A stretch of 63,973 nt of DNA, filler included. It is 7 parts of 7 records of this genome, joined end to end, with 100 filler letters (N's around TTAATTAATTAA, not from the genome) between each part and the next. Parts side by side here need not be neighbours in the genome. Positions count along the whole stretch, not along the records: positions 36,402 to 43,162 come from DRR723986_11299; positions 43,263 to 52,194 come from DRR723986_11300; 5 more parts are not named here. The stretch is one strand, 5' to 3'. The notes beneath the pieces were generated by a model. The model saw only the letters and a program-made list of their open reading frames with translations, ran no database searches and was not told the origin of the DNA. A program made the position numbers and the translations under genes. Positions 40,363-50,767 of the stretch are shown in pieces (position 1 is the first letter of the stretch; every line of letters starts with the position of its first letter).

Positions 40363-41481
40363 TTATTTGCCGTAGTTAAAACCAAGTGTCTGGCCAATTT
40401 CCTCTGGCAGGTCAGGCACATACGGCGCTGGAATCAGATATGAGCTAATATCGCCGATTTCATTGAACACGCGGTGTTTGTCCGCCGTCTGCACGAGATA
40501 CGAGTGACCTGAAGAGCCGCCAGTTCCAATCTTGGAGCCAATCATGCGGTTGACCATAGCTGCGTGTCTGAACCGCCAGACGGCCATGTTCTCATCCAGT
40601 TCAATCAACTGCATCAAAAAGCGATACGGCATTTGCAGCAGCGGGTAATCGCGGTACAGGAAGATAAAGAGCACGGCATGGGTGGCCCGCAGCGAAAGCC
40701 GGCGTGTGCCGTCTGCATTTAATGCGGCAAATTTTTCTTCGTCGAACAGCGCCTCAAAACCCGCTTCGGTTTTATCTATCTGCTGCAACTGCGTCTGAAT
40801 TCCTTCAGCGGGAATGCCCGAGTTTCTCAGTCGCTCGCGATCGGCTTCATAAAGTTCATGTACCACACGCTGCATTTCCTTGCTGAAAGCAAAGTCTTTG
40901 TGCTCCAGAAAGGGCATGCGTTCCAGCCAGCGCGCCACAACGTCAAGCAAAGAATCGTCCTCAGCTGCCGAATGTGCGGCCGTGCGGTCCGAAGAGTCGA
41001 GCCGCGAGTGGAATTTTTGTTCGCCAAATTGCAGGCGTTCTGTGTCGCGCAGACCCAAGCCAATTTCCAAAAGACGGAATTGTAAACTCTGGAAGCCACT
41101 GGCAGGGTTCAGGTACGAACGGAAGTCGGTAAAGTCCGAAGGCGTCATCGTCTCAATGATGTCAAACTGCTCTACGAGAATCGGCATGATGCGGTTAATA
41201 CGCGTCATGTAGTGGTTGGCGCGCGCCACGTCTTTTTCGGCAACCACTTCACTGCTGAAAATCTGGCGAATCGTATCAACTTCAAACAGAACCTGCTTAA
41301 ACCACAGCTCATACGCTTGATGTGTGATGATAAAGAGCATTTCATCGTGTGCATCTACGCCGTGTTTGGCCGTCACCGGTTCCTGCGCATTGAGGATCTT
41401 ATCAAGCTGCAGATAATCACGGTAGTACTGGTCCTTGTGAATAAAGGACGACTGCTTTTTGGATGCTGGTGTGTCGGACAT
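40363..41481 (-). CDS. kynA: tryptophan 2,3-dioxygenase (long form)
   Basis: YRDYLQLDKIL, HDEMLFIITHQAYELWFKQ, PASGFQSLQFR and RMIGSKIGTGGSSG. Confidence 0.93.
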   Translation of the reverse strand: MSDTPASKKQSSFIHKDQYYRDYLQLDKILNAQEPVTAKHGVDAHDEMLFIITHQAYELWFKQVLFEVDTIRQIFSSEVVAEKDVARANHYMTRINRIMPILVEQFDIIETMTPSDFTDFRSYLNPASGFQSLQFRLLEIGLGLRDTERLQFGEQKFHSRLDSSDRTAAHSAAEDDSLLDVVARWLERMPFLEHKDFAFSKEMQRVVHELYEADRERLRNSGIPAEGIQTQLQQIDKTEAGFEALFDEEKFAALNADGTRRLSLRATHAVLFIFLYRDYPLLQMPYRFLMQLIELDENMAVWRFRHAAMVNRMIGSKIGTGGSSGHSYLVQTADKHRVFNEIGDISSYLIPAPYVPDLPEEIGQTLGFNYGK

Positions 41482-41662
41482 ATAAAGTTCCTCGTTATTC
41501 CCGCCAGGGGGCGTGGATTTTGGATGTATTACAGGATCGAAGTATTCAAGGCTTACATCAAAGAATAATTTGCGAAGCAAGCTACATAAATGCGCGGGCC
41601 ACAACAATGATATCAGTAATGATTGCAGTGTGATTTCTTAGCACCCCAAAGCCGGCACCGAC

Positions 41663-42421
41663 TCACAATTCGCGCGTCACGTCCATCAGTTTTTGACCAT
41701 GGGCCGTAATCCAGCCGTCACATCGCCGATAGTCGGGGCACCAATATTCGACCTGCCGCCAAAATGCGGCGGAGTGGTCGGCATGTAGCAGATGCGCGAG
41801 TTCGTGGAGTATCAGGTAGTCGCGCACGTCGTCAGCGAACAGGATACAGCGCCAATTGAGATTGATAGAGCGATTTGTTTTGGAGCAGGAACCCCAGCGG
41901 CTGCGTTGATCGCGAATACTGATCCGTTTTACATGCTGTTGATGTTGTTTGGCCAGTTCAATTGTGCGTTGCGGCAACTCTGAGTTTGCCGCGTCGATCA
42001 TATAATTTTGCCACGCACGAATTGCGTTGCGTCTGTCGGCTTCGAGCCCGATAGCTTGTGGCAGTCGGATCACATAATCACTTTGCATTTGAGGTACACA
42101 GACTTCATCGCTTGCCTGCTCGGTCTGTGCCGCGTGCTGCAGTTCCACCCGGTGCCACGAACCTTTATAGGGTAAGCGTAGTTCCTGTTCCAGGTCCAGG
42201 AAGCGATTGCGCCTTTTATGGCTTGCATCCAGGTGCCGCCGGATGTCGTGCAGGTGCAGCTTCACAAACTCGCGTGCATCTCTCAGGGCCACGCGCGGTG
42301 GCATGGAGACCCAAACGCGTCCATCTTCGGCAATCTTGAGGCTGATGCGTTTTGCGTTACGTGTGCGCCGGATTTCGTAGCTGATGTCTTCCAGCTGTTC
42401 GACGTGTTTGCTTGAGCTCAT
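41663..42421 (-). CDS. YgjP/DUF45 (SprT-like) zinc metallopeptidase family
   Basis: SRWGSCS, INLNW and YLILHELAHLLHADHSAAFW; start set at ATG 42421. Confidence 0.85.
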   Translation of the reverse strand: MSSSKHVEQLEDISYEIRRTRNAKRISLKIAEDGRVWVSMPPRVALRDAREFVKLHLHDIRRHLDASHKRRNRFLDLEQELRLPYKGSWHRVELQHAAQTEQASDEVCVPQMQSDYVIRLPQAIGLEADRRNAIRAWQNYMIDAANSELPQRTIELAKQHQQHVKRISIRDQRSRWGSCSKTNRSINLNWRCILFADDVRDYLILHELAHLLHADHSAAFWRQVEYWCPDYRRCDGWITAHGQKLMDVTREL

Positions 42422-43162
42422 TGACTTCTGGAATGTCTTCAATTTGTGCAGTCGGGAGCGCTGCCTTTGTGGCAAAGATACACGAAATTGCAGCGCCATG
42501 CTTTTTCTATGCACGTTCCAGTTCACTTCGCCGCTCGCGCGCCTGTGTTGGCTTGAATGCTTCGCCCCTCTCACAATGTTCGGTGGCTTGCTTTTTCTTT
42601 TTGCTAGTAATCGCACGCGAAACCCCAGTTCCGTGATGTTCAATGTTTTTTTGTGCTCGGCAGCTGCTTCTTACAGGCATTAGAGCCTTGCACACGCTGT
42701 ATATATCCAAGATGCGTGAATGCGATGCTGCAATCCAAACGCAAAACAGTAAAGGTACTGTGATCGCGGCTAAACGGCCTGAAAAGGTGCACAAGCGGTA
42801 AATCCCAGTTCGAATTAACTCTGCACCATGTACAAGTGCTGCACACTTTTTGGGCGGGATGTCGCGTTACGCTACGCCAGCCTGAGTGTAAGAGCGCCGG
42901 CAGGTTTTGCATTTGGGCCGCGCCGCGTTTGCTCGATGCAGCGCAATCTCCTCCTGCTCTCTGGGGCGTCGGCCAATAAAAAATTGCACCAGCAATTTGG
43001 GCTTCCCGGGATGTCAATCTTCCAATTTCGACGCCACAGCGGGAGTCATGTGCGGCTCAAAGATTCTTTGCCGGCTGAGTGAGTTAGGGCCGCTACACCC
43101 CACCCACTTAAACGCGTTCCGGGGTAGTTAAACTCGAAATACCGGCCGTTGAACCATAAGCC

Positions 43163-43262
43163 NNNNNNNNNNNNNNNNNNNNNNNNNNNNNNNNNNNNNN
43201 NNNNNNTTAATTAATTAANNNNNNNNNNNNNNNNNNNNNNNNNNNNNNNNNNNNNNNNNNNN
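43163..43262. other. artificial contig linker
   Basis: N44-TTAATTAATTAA-N44. Confidence 0.99.
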
Positions 43263-43943
43263 CCGGTTGATCGCAGCGTCGGTCTGGATGTAGTCGTCAT
43301 AGCTGCCAGACAAGGCCCGGTTGCGCGCCGATACAATACCCGCCGAGACCGAGAACCCCTGCCCCAGCGGATTACCCATCGCAATCACCCAATCGCCAAC
43401 ACGCGCGGTTTCACTGTCGCCAAACTTGACGAACTTCAACGGACCCGGTGCTTCGACCTTGAGCAACGCAATATCTGTTTTCGGATCGGTCCCGATCACC
43501 TTTGCGGGCAGCTCTTCGGGCTGTCCATCGCCGGGAAAGAACTCAATCAAAATTTCATCAGCCCCTTCGATCACATGGTTGTTCGTAACCACATAACCAT
43601 CCTCAGAAATCACGAACCCCGATCCCAGAGCCGATGATTTGCGCGGACGCTCTCCATCGCCGTTGCGATCCTGAAACTCGCGAAAGAAGTCCTCGAACGG
43701 GGATCCTTCGGGCACGATCCCCTGAGGACCGGACCGGCCCTCGACCAATGTGGATGTCGTGATATTCACCACAGCGGGGCTGAATTTTTCGGCCAATGGC
43801 GCAAGGCTTTCGGGTCGCGCCTGTACCATCAGAGTTTGCGCCAGAACCAAAAACATGGTGAGCGCGCCCAGCCACATCAAACGCATACGCATCATCGCGC
43901 CGTCTTGTCGAAGGGGAATGGAAAGGGCCTTAGCCTGCTGCAC
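43263..43943 (-). CDS. DegP/DegQ (Do) serine endopeptidase (3' truncated)
   Basis: PAVVNI, GSGFVI, TNNHVI, DIALLK and IQTDAAIN; signal peptide. Confidence 0.93.
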
Positions 43944-44072
43944 TGGAGATCTCCTTGTCTCAACCTGCGCCTTTGGGGATCATTGCCCAAAGGGTTTGGT
44001 ATCTAATGTAGTGAGTTTGTCTCGCCTCGCAACTCGTGATCGCACCCAAATCCCCCTAACGTGAAGACCTTG

Positions 44073-44834
44073 TCAGGCATTGGCCCGCAAAGCCATGTCG
44101 CTCAGGGCCTGATATGCGGGTTCATGGGCCGCCAGATATGTTTCCGCATTCGGGGATTGGGCCGCCAAGGCATCAAATTTCCGGCGTTCGTTTTCCTCGG
44201 CATTTGGATCGGGCGGTTCGATCCCCTGACTCTGCATGGTTTTGCCATGCCAACCCTCAACCTGTTGCCAATCTTTGGGGACGTCACTCTGCCAATCAAA
44301 GGCGTGATCCGCTTCGGCCAATCCCCAAGCCTGCCAAAGCGCCGACATCACCCCTTGCGGGTTGGCGCGTACATCTTCGGATCGGATCACCAGCGGGGTT
44401 TCCCCTTGAGCGGCCAAACCTTGGGCATGGGCCAACTGAGCTACGATGCCAATTTCCTCGCTGCTACAATTGGGATCGATCTTGTGATAACTCACAATCG
44501 CAGCCCGTGGCCGACGCACCAAAAACGCATTGCGCAGCCTGCCCAGAAACACGTCATCCTCTAGAATGTGCGGCATCACGTAATAGCTCATGTCCTTGAT
44601 GAACACAGGCTGGTGCATCGCCCGGTCACACAACATGTCACGAATTTTAGAATATTCCTGCGGATGATCCGCCCGGACATCGAAATGCGGCATCTGCCCG
44701 GCCCCACGATGTACATAATAGTCATACATGAACGGCTCGTGGGCACAGTCCAGATCGCCCCGTTCGCGCATAATCCGCTCTATCGCCGTGGACATGGATC
44801 GGGGATGAGACCAAAGCGCGTAAATCGGGTGCAT
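44073..44834 (-). CDS. sulfotransferase-like P-loop protein
   Basis: LWSHPRSMST, HEPF, FIKDM, FLVRRP and GWH pattern. Confidence 0.75.
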   Translation of the reverse strand: MHPIYALWSHPRSMSTAIERIMRERGDLDCAHEPFMYDYYVHRGAGQMPHFDVRADHPQEYSKIRDMLCDRAMHQPVFIKDMSYYVMPHILEDDVFLGRLRNAFLVRRPRAAIVSYHKIDPNCSSEEIGIVAQLAHAQGLAAQGETPLVIRSEDVRANPQGVMSALWQAWGLAEADHAFDWQSDVPKDWQQVEGWHGKTMQSQGIEPPDPNAEENERRKFDALAAQSPNAETYLAAHEPAYQALSDMALRANA

Positions 44835-44869
44835 TCGGAACCTCTTACAAGAGCGATACCGCCACCCTG

Positions 44870-45064
44870 TCAGACGCCCAACTGATGCGCAATCCACAAC
44901 AGAATGACACCGATCACCAAGGTTATCAGCCCAACCTGACGCCGTGCGCTTTCGGGCAGGCTACGCAGCACCTCTAACATACGCTCCACAAGCGAAGGGG
45001 CCAGCGCGTACGCCAGCCCCTCGACAATCAGTACCAACCCAAGGGCTAGAAAGATCGTTGCCAT
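44870..45064 (-). CDS. DUF2065 (YjeT-like) small membrane protein
   Basis: ALGLVLIVEGL...P; follows hflC. Confidence 0.9.
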   Translation of the reverse strand: MATIFLALGLVLIVEGLAYALAPSLVERMLEVLRSLPESARRQVGLITLVIGVILLWIAHQLGV

Positions 45065-45939
45065 CATTCAGAAGCGCCCGTGGACGACTTCAGATAGTTA
45101 AAGAACTCGGAATCCGGGCTCATCACGATGGAGCTGTTTCCAGCTTTCAGCGCACGGCTATAAGCCGTCAATGAGCGATAGAATTCAAAGAACTCGGTAT
45201 CTTTGCCATAAGCTTGGGCAAAGATCGCGTTTCGTTCGGCATCCGCTTCACCGCGTGTGACTTCGGCCTCGCGTTTGGCTTCTGATACCAATTCAACCAC
45301 GGTTCTGTCGGCTTGCGCACGTACTCGCTGCGCCGCTTCGTTACCGCGTGCCCGCTCATCGGTTGCTTCACGTTCCCGCTCAGCCCGCATCCGGTCAAAT
45401 GTCGCTTCAAGGTTTTGCGACGGCAGATCGGTTGCTTTCAAACGCACATCGATCACTTCCAGACCCAGCGCACGCGCTTCGGTAATCGCAGCATTGCGAA
45501 TACGCAGCATCAGCGCCGCACGGTCAGAACTCAGGATGTCCTTGGAACTGACCGAGCCCAAAACCTCACGTGTTTCAGCGACGAGAATGCGGTTCAAGCG
45601 GTCTTCGGCAGTCCGCAGACCGCCCACACCCACAGCCTGACGGAACTGCTTTACGTCGGTTATACGATACCGAGCAAAAGCATCCACAACCAAACGGCGA
45701 TCATCCAATGGGGTCACTTCCAAGGGCTGAACGTCGATCGACAGAATGCGGCTGTCATAGCGCACAACTTCTTGGATCAGAGGAATTTTAAAGGCCAGAC
45801 CCGGCTCTTCTTTAACATCCACGACACGACCAAATTGCAGAACCAGCGCCTTTTCGCGCTCATCCACGATGAACAAGGCTGACAGAGCTGCAACAACGAC
45901 GATTACCAAAACTGGCAGAATAAATGTTGTCTTCCGCAT
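45064..45939 (-). CDS. hflC: protease modulator HflC
   Basis: SPFH; PGLAFKIP, RMRAERE and EFFEFYRSLTAY. Confidence 0.96.
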   Translation of the reverse strand: MRKTTFILPVLVIVVVAALSALFIVDEREKALVLQFGRVVDVKEEPGLAFKIPLIQEVVRYDSRILSIDVQPLEVTPLDDRRLVVDAFARYRITDVKQFRQAVGVGGLRTAEDRLNRILVAETREVLGSVSSKDILSSDRAALMLRIRNAAITEARALGLEVIDVRLKATDLPSQNLEATFDRMRAEREREATDERARGNEAAQRVRAQADRTVVELVSEAKREAEVTRGEADAERNAIFAQAYGKDTEFFEFYRSLTAYSRALKAGNSSIVMSPDSEFFNYLKSSTGASE

Positions 45940-47102
45940 CAGTTCGATCCCCCATCGGTATTTTTGCGCAACTCATTGAGCGGCAGATAAGGCACAACAC
46001 CCTGACCTTCGCCAGTTGCATTGCTGTCCAGGATCACCTTGTCAACGTCACCCAAAACCTGCTCCATCGTTTCCAGATAGAGACGCTTACGGGTCACTTC
46101 GGGCGCTTTGGAATACTCTTCGAGAACCGAGGAGAACCGGCTTGCTTCACCCTGTGCTTCGTTCACGACGCTGGCACGATAGCCTTCGGCCTCTTCCAGC
46201 AACTGCGCCGCTTGACCACGGGCTTCAGCCAGAACTTTGTTGGCATAGGCATCCGCCACGTTTTCCAAACGGTCCCGTTCCTGGGCCGCAGCTTGAACAT
46301 CGCGGAACGCGTCAATCACGGTTGCAGGTGGATCCGCTTTGTCAAAGTTGACGCCAATGATGTTCACACCACTGTCATAGCTGTCCATCGTGGTTTGGAT
46401 CAGCAATTGCAGACTATCGGCAATCACACCACGGTCCCGGTTCAGGATCGGTGCCAGTTCGGACTGAGCGATAATTTCGCGCATCGCGGATTCAGACACC
46501 GCCCGAATGGTCTGTCGTGGATCCCGCAAGTTAAACAGAAACTTGGCAGGATCGTTGATGTTCCAAACCACCTGATAGTCGATGTCGACAACGTTTTCGT
46601 CGCCAGTCAACATCAGACCGTCCTGCGCCCCACGGGCACCGCCCATGTCTTCGGTCTGTTGACGCGTGACAGGGATGACTTCGGCTGTGACCAAAGGCCA
46701 AGGCGCAAAGTTCAGACCCGGATTACCGATTGCCGAAAACTCACCCAGGAATAATTCCACAGACTGTTCTTCAGGTTTGACCGTGTAAACGCTCGCCATG
46801 CCCCACAGGCCCACAGCAACCAATACGCCCAGCGCAACGGTCCCGCGTGTGAACAAAGGTCCACCACCGCCAACAGGACCACGCCCGCCACCGCCGCCAT
46901 TGCCAGACCCACCGCGACCGCCCATCAGGACGCGCAATTGCTCTTGGCCTTTCTTCATCAGCTCGTCGATTTCAGGAATCTGATTGCCGTCCCCTTCGGG
47001 GCGCTTACCGCCACCTTGGTTATCGCCACCATTGTTTCCCTGGTTACCTCCGCCACCGGAAGAGCCTCCGCCCCCCCAGGGGCCACCGCTGTTGCCCGCC
47101 AT
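45939..47102 (-). CDS. hflK: FtsH modulator HflK
   Basis: GPWG Gly-rich N-terminus, MLTGDEN, AFRDVQAA and APEVTRKRLYLETM. Confidence 0.96.
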   Translation of the reverse strand: MAGNSGGPWGGGGSSGGGGNQGNNGGDNQGGGKRPEGDGNQIPEIDELMKKGQEQLRVLMGGRGGSGNGGGGGRGPVGGGGPLFTRGTVALGVLVAVGLWGMASVYTVKPEEQSVELFLGEFSAIGNPGLNFAPWPLVTAEVIPVTRQQTEDMGGARGAQDGLMLTGDENVVDIDYQVVWNINDPAKFLFNLRDPRQTIRAVSESAMREIIAQSELAPILNRDRGVIADSLQLLIQTTMDSYDSGVNIIGVNFDKADPPATVIDAFRDVQAAAQERDRLENVADAYANKVLAEARGQAAQLLEEAEGYRASVVNEAQGEASRFSSVLEEYSKAPEVTRKRLYLETMEQVLGDVDKVILDSNATGEGQGVVPYLPLNELRKNTDGGSN

Positions 47103-47173
47103 ATATGTCTACATCCCTTTGTCAGACCGCATTTCGCGGCATCAACTTAAACCTGTGTGCGTCTGGGCGCAAA

Positions 47174-48532
47174 TCAAGCGCTACGCACAGGCTGCTTCAT
47201 TGTGACCAATTCTTCTGACATGGTGGGGTGAACCGCCACTGTCCGGTCAAAATCTTCTTTGGTCGCGCCCATTTTCACTGCAATTCCAGCCAGCTGGATC
47301 ATTTCACCCGCGCCGGGTGCCACGATATGACATCCCAGCACCTTGCGCGAGGCTTTGGACACGATCAATTTCATCAAAACCCGCGCGGATCGTCCGGCAA
47401 AGCTTTGCTGCATCGGTTTGAACGACGCCGCATAGACTTCGATTGGTTCCTGTGCGGCTGCGTCTTCTTCGCTTAGGCCCACGGTCCCCATTTCAGGCTG
47501 GGTAAAGATGGCCGTCGGGATCAGTTCATGATCCGGCGAGGTCGGGTTGCCTTTAAACACGGTTTCGACAAAGGCCATGCCTTCGCGGATCGCTACAGGT
47601 GTCAGGTTCGCCCGGTCCGTCACATCGCCAATGGCATAAACCGACGGAACCGCCGTCTGGCTATATTGATCCACTAGGATTTCACCCTTGCGGCCGCGTT
47701 CAATGCCCAGCTCTTCGAGGCCCAAATTATCTGAATTGGGGTTCCGACCCGTGGCAAACATCACCTGATCAAACAGGGTCTCATCGCCGTTTGTGGCTTT
47801 GACAAGGATCTGATCGCCCTCTTTGCGCATTTCCAGCACGTTGGTGCCCAGCCGCAGATCAACGCCGTTCTGGCACATCTCTTCGCTGACCAATCCGCGC
47901 GCTTCGTCATCGAACCCGCGCAGGATTTGTGCGCCCCGGTAATACTGTGTCACCTCAACACCCAGACCATTCATGATCCCTGCGAATTCGCTGGCGATGT
48001 AACCACCACCCACGATCAGCATCTTCTTGGGCAGTTGATCCAAATGGAAGATCTCATTTGATGAAATCCCCAGCTCGGCCCCCGGAATATCTGGCAATGT
48101 GGGCCAGCCGCCTGTTGCGATCAGGATATGCTTAGCGGTCTTGCGTGTCCCATCGGCCAATTCGACCGTATGCGCATCCACCAATTTTGCACGCTGATCA
48201 AAGCTTTCGACACCATTGTTTTTCAAAATGTTGCGATAGATGCCTTCAAGACGATCCAGCTCAGCATGCATTTTGCCTTTGAACGTATTCCAGTTGAACG
48301 CACCAGGCTGAATATCCCATCCATAGCTTTGCGCATCTTCCACCATGTCGGCGTATTCGCTGGCAAAGACCATCAGCTTTTTAGGAACACAGCCCCGGAT
48401 CACACAGGTGCCGCCATACCGATCTTCTTCGGCCAAACCCACCTTGGCCCCTGTGTCGCCTGCCGCCACTCGGGCTGCGCGCACGCCACCAGATCCACCA
48501 CCGATAACGAAAAGATCGAAATCAAAGCTCAT
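47174..48532 (-). CDS. gor: glutathione-disulfide reductase
   Basis: GGGSGG, GGTCVIRGCVPKK, GGGYIA and HPTMSEE. Confidence 0.96.
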   Translation of the reverse strand: MSFDFDLFVIGGGSGGVRAARVAAGDTGAKVGLAEEDRYGGTCVIRGCVPKKLMVFASEYADMVEDAQSYGWDIQPGAFNWNTFKGKMHAELDRLEGIYRNILKNNGVESFDQRAKLVDAHTVELADGTRKTAKHILIATGGWPTLPDIPGAELGISSNEIFHLDQLPKKMLIVGGGYIASEFAGIMNGLGVEVTQYYRGAQILRGFDDEARGLVSEEMCQNGVDLRLGTNVLEMRKEGDQILVKATNGDETLFDQVMFATGRNPNSDNLGLEELGIERGRKGEILVDQYSQTAVPSVYAIGDVTDRANLTPVAIREGMAFVETVFKGNPTSPDHELIPTAIFTQPEMGTVGLSEEDAAAQEPIEVYAASFKPMQQSFAGRSARVLMKLIVSKASRKVLGCHIVAPGAGEMIQLAGIAVKMGATKEDFDRTVAVHPTMSEELVTMKQPVRSA

Positions 48533-48799
48533 GTTTTCCTGCCTCATCTGGAATTCCTGCACCGCCCGAAAGCCTTGCAAAGGGTGTAACTTATCCCGCG
48601 CCACTGTCCAGCCTGTTCCGTGGTCTCAAAGGTCGCGCTTATGCGCCCCGTTACTCTGGAAAAGATGGCAGCCTTGCAATGAACCGTTCACATAAGCCGG
48701 GATGTTAAGAATGAAAGCCCCTGTTTGCCATTGTAACAAACGAAAACAAGACCATCGCGAACGAATGGCGTGCCACATTACGCGCCCACGCCCCTCTGT

Positions 48800-49588
48800 T
48801 TAGTCAGCCAAATCTGTGAACAGGTTATCGCTTTCGACAAAATCCAGCCGATCATGCTCCACGGTTCCGTCGTTGATATCGCGCAGTTCAACCCGGCCAT
48901 CGCCGTAGCCAATAACAACCGTATCACAGATATCGATGAATAGACCGTTTTCCACCACACCCGGCATCTGGTTGATCACCAAGGCCAATTGGCGAGGGTT
49001 TCCGATGCGGTTCAGGTGCAGATCCAGAATGTGATTGCCTTCGTCGGTGATAAACGGCGTTTCCCCATTCATCCGCAATGTCGCGGACCGGCCCAGCACA
49101 TCCATCGAAATCAGCGTCTCTTCGATCAACGCCTGTGTGGTCTGCCAGCCAAACGGAATGACCTCGATCGGCAACGGGAACGCACCCAGCGTTTCGACCT
49201 CTTTGCCGATGTCCGCGATCACAACCATTTGATCTGACGCGGTCGCGACGATCTTTTCCTGCAGCAATGCACCGCCACCACCCTTGATCAGGTTCAGATC
49301 CCTATCGAATTCATCCGCGCCATCAATGGTCAGATCCAACCAACGCGCCTCATCCAGCGAGATCACCTCGATCCCAACGTCTCGTGCCAGTTGTGCGGTG
49401 CGTGTCGATGTGGGAACGCCGCGGATCTTGAGACCTTCGTCGCGCACCATCTCCCCAAGACAGCGCACCAACCAAGCCGCGGTGCTGCCTGTTCCCAGAC
49501 CAACCCGCATCCCATCCTCGACAAAATCAGCCGCCCGCTTGGCAGCAACAAATTTGGCCTTATCAATGGGCGACAATTCCCCGGTCAT
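48800..49588 (-). CDS. rpiA: ribose-5-phosphate isomerase A
   Basis: GLGTGST, DGADE, IKGGGGALLQEKI and PGVVENGLF. Confidence 0.97.
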   Translation of the reverse strand: MTGELSPIDKAKFVAAKRAADFVEDGMRVGLGTGSTAAWLVRCLGEMVRDEGLKIRGVPTSTRTAQLARDVGIEVISLDEARWLDLTIDGADEFDRDLNLIKGGGGALLQEKIVATASDQMVVIADIGKEVETLGAFPLPIEVIPFGWQTTQALIEETLISMDVLGRSATLRMNGETPFITDEGNHILDLHLNRIGNPRQLALVINQMPGVVENGLFIDICDTVVIGYGDGRVELRDINDGTVEHDRLDFVESDNLFTDLAD

Positions 49589-49702
49589 AGCAGCATCCCC
49601 TCGCGCGTCCTTGTGCGACTTATAGCAAGTTAACACCAAGGCGCGAGAGGGAATCTAAGTCCAATCCCGCGTGTCACCCCGTGTTTGCAAGGCCTTCAGA
49701 CG

Positions 49703-50137
49703 TCACACTTCGCTTTTGAGGTTACGAATTGTCCGCCGCATCAATGACAGAAACATCTGCACCTCTTCAGGGCTGAACCCGGCCAAAGCCGCCGTATTTT
49801 GCGCCTGCGCCCCGATCATCGCAGCCTCTTGCAGTTTGCGCGCCTTGTCCGTCAACACAACTATGCGGACCCGTTTGTCAGTCTCTGAAGAACGTCGCTC
49901 TATCAGATTGTCCCGCTCCATACGCGCCAGCGTATTGGCCATCGTGGCCTGTTCGACATCCAGCGCTGCAACCAGATCAACTTGGGTGCGGGCGTCTTCC
50001 TGCCATAGCTCCAGCAGAACCATAAATTGAGCCGGTGCCAGGTTGATTGCAGTCAACTGTCGCGCCAACCCTGATGCAAACAAGCGGGCCATTTGATTGG
50101 CGAGGAACCCCGCCGAGTTTTCCTGAAATTTTGACAT
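49703..50137 (-). CDS. MarR family regulator
   Basis: QFMVLLELW, TQVDLV...EQATMANTLARME and DKR wing. Confidence 0.92.
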   Translation of the reverse strand: MSKFQENSAGFLANQMARLFASGLARQLTAINLAPAQFMVLLELWQEDARTQVDLVAALDVEQATMANTLARMERDNLIERRSSETDKRVRIVVLTDKARKLQEAAMIGAQAQNTAALAGFSPEEVQMFLSLMRRTIRNLKSEV

Positions 50138-50155
50138 TTCCACAAAAGACACTTG

Positions 50156-50195
50156 AATAGCACGCTATGCAATGCAATTTAAATAGCACGCTATT
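50156..50195. promoter_or_regulatory. tandem MarR operators
   Basis: Two copies of AATAGCACGCTAT (palindrome ATAGC-AC-GCTAT) at 50156 and 50182, between divergent genes. Confidence 0.75.
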
Positions 50196-50218
50196 CTTTT
50201 TCTCTTACGGAGATTCCT

Positions 50219-50668
50219 ATGAAACCCGTCATACACGCTGCCGCCGGAACCCTTGCCCTTGCCACGATCTCTACGTTTTGGATGTCCACAGTGCTCAGCG
50301 AACTCTTTGGCTCTCATGACACAATCACTGCGGTGAAAACGGCTGTGCTCTATGGAATGATCCTTCTTATCCCGGCCATGGCCACCGCAGGCGCCACGGG
50401 TGCTTCTTTGGGCAAGGGCTGGAAACTACCTCAGGTCGCAGCCAAAAGCCGCCGGATGAAAATCATCGCCGCCAACGGGCTCCTGATCCTGCTGCCCAGC
50501 GCCGTGTTCCTAGCCATGCGCGCGCAATCGGGTCACTTCGATACGCTTTTCTACACGATTCAGGGCGTCGAGCTCTGTGCAGGTCTGGTCAATATCAGCC
50601 TTTTAGGTCTGAACATGCGCGATGGGCTTGCACTGGCGAAGCGCCGTAAGCCTGCCAAACACCCTTAA
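50219..50668 (+). CDS. 4-TM membrane hypothetical protein
   Basis: GGAG RBS; four hydrophobic segments; divergent from MarR. Confidence 0.8.
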   Translation: MKPVIHAAAGTLALATISTFWMSTVLSELFGSHDTITAVKTAVLYGMILLIPAMATAGATGASLGKGWKLPQVAAKSRRMKIIAANGLLILLPSAVFLAMRAQSGHFDTLFYTIQGVELCAGLVNISLLGLNMRDGLALAKRRKPAKHP

Positions 50669-50767
50669 CCCTCAAGACATATATTCAAATGACATCATTG
50701 CGCGTTTCCAATAGGAAACGTCGCAATCGGCCCCCCATCGCCCCTTGGCCAGCGCTAGAACGGGGCC

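Noticed and set aside
43140-43162. RNase P RNA 3' end (GGCTTAT on minus strand)
   Set aside because: Seven-base match at a contig edge; insufficient
46860-47102. Gly-rich low-complexity repeat
   Set aside because: Normal HflK N-terminus
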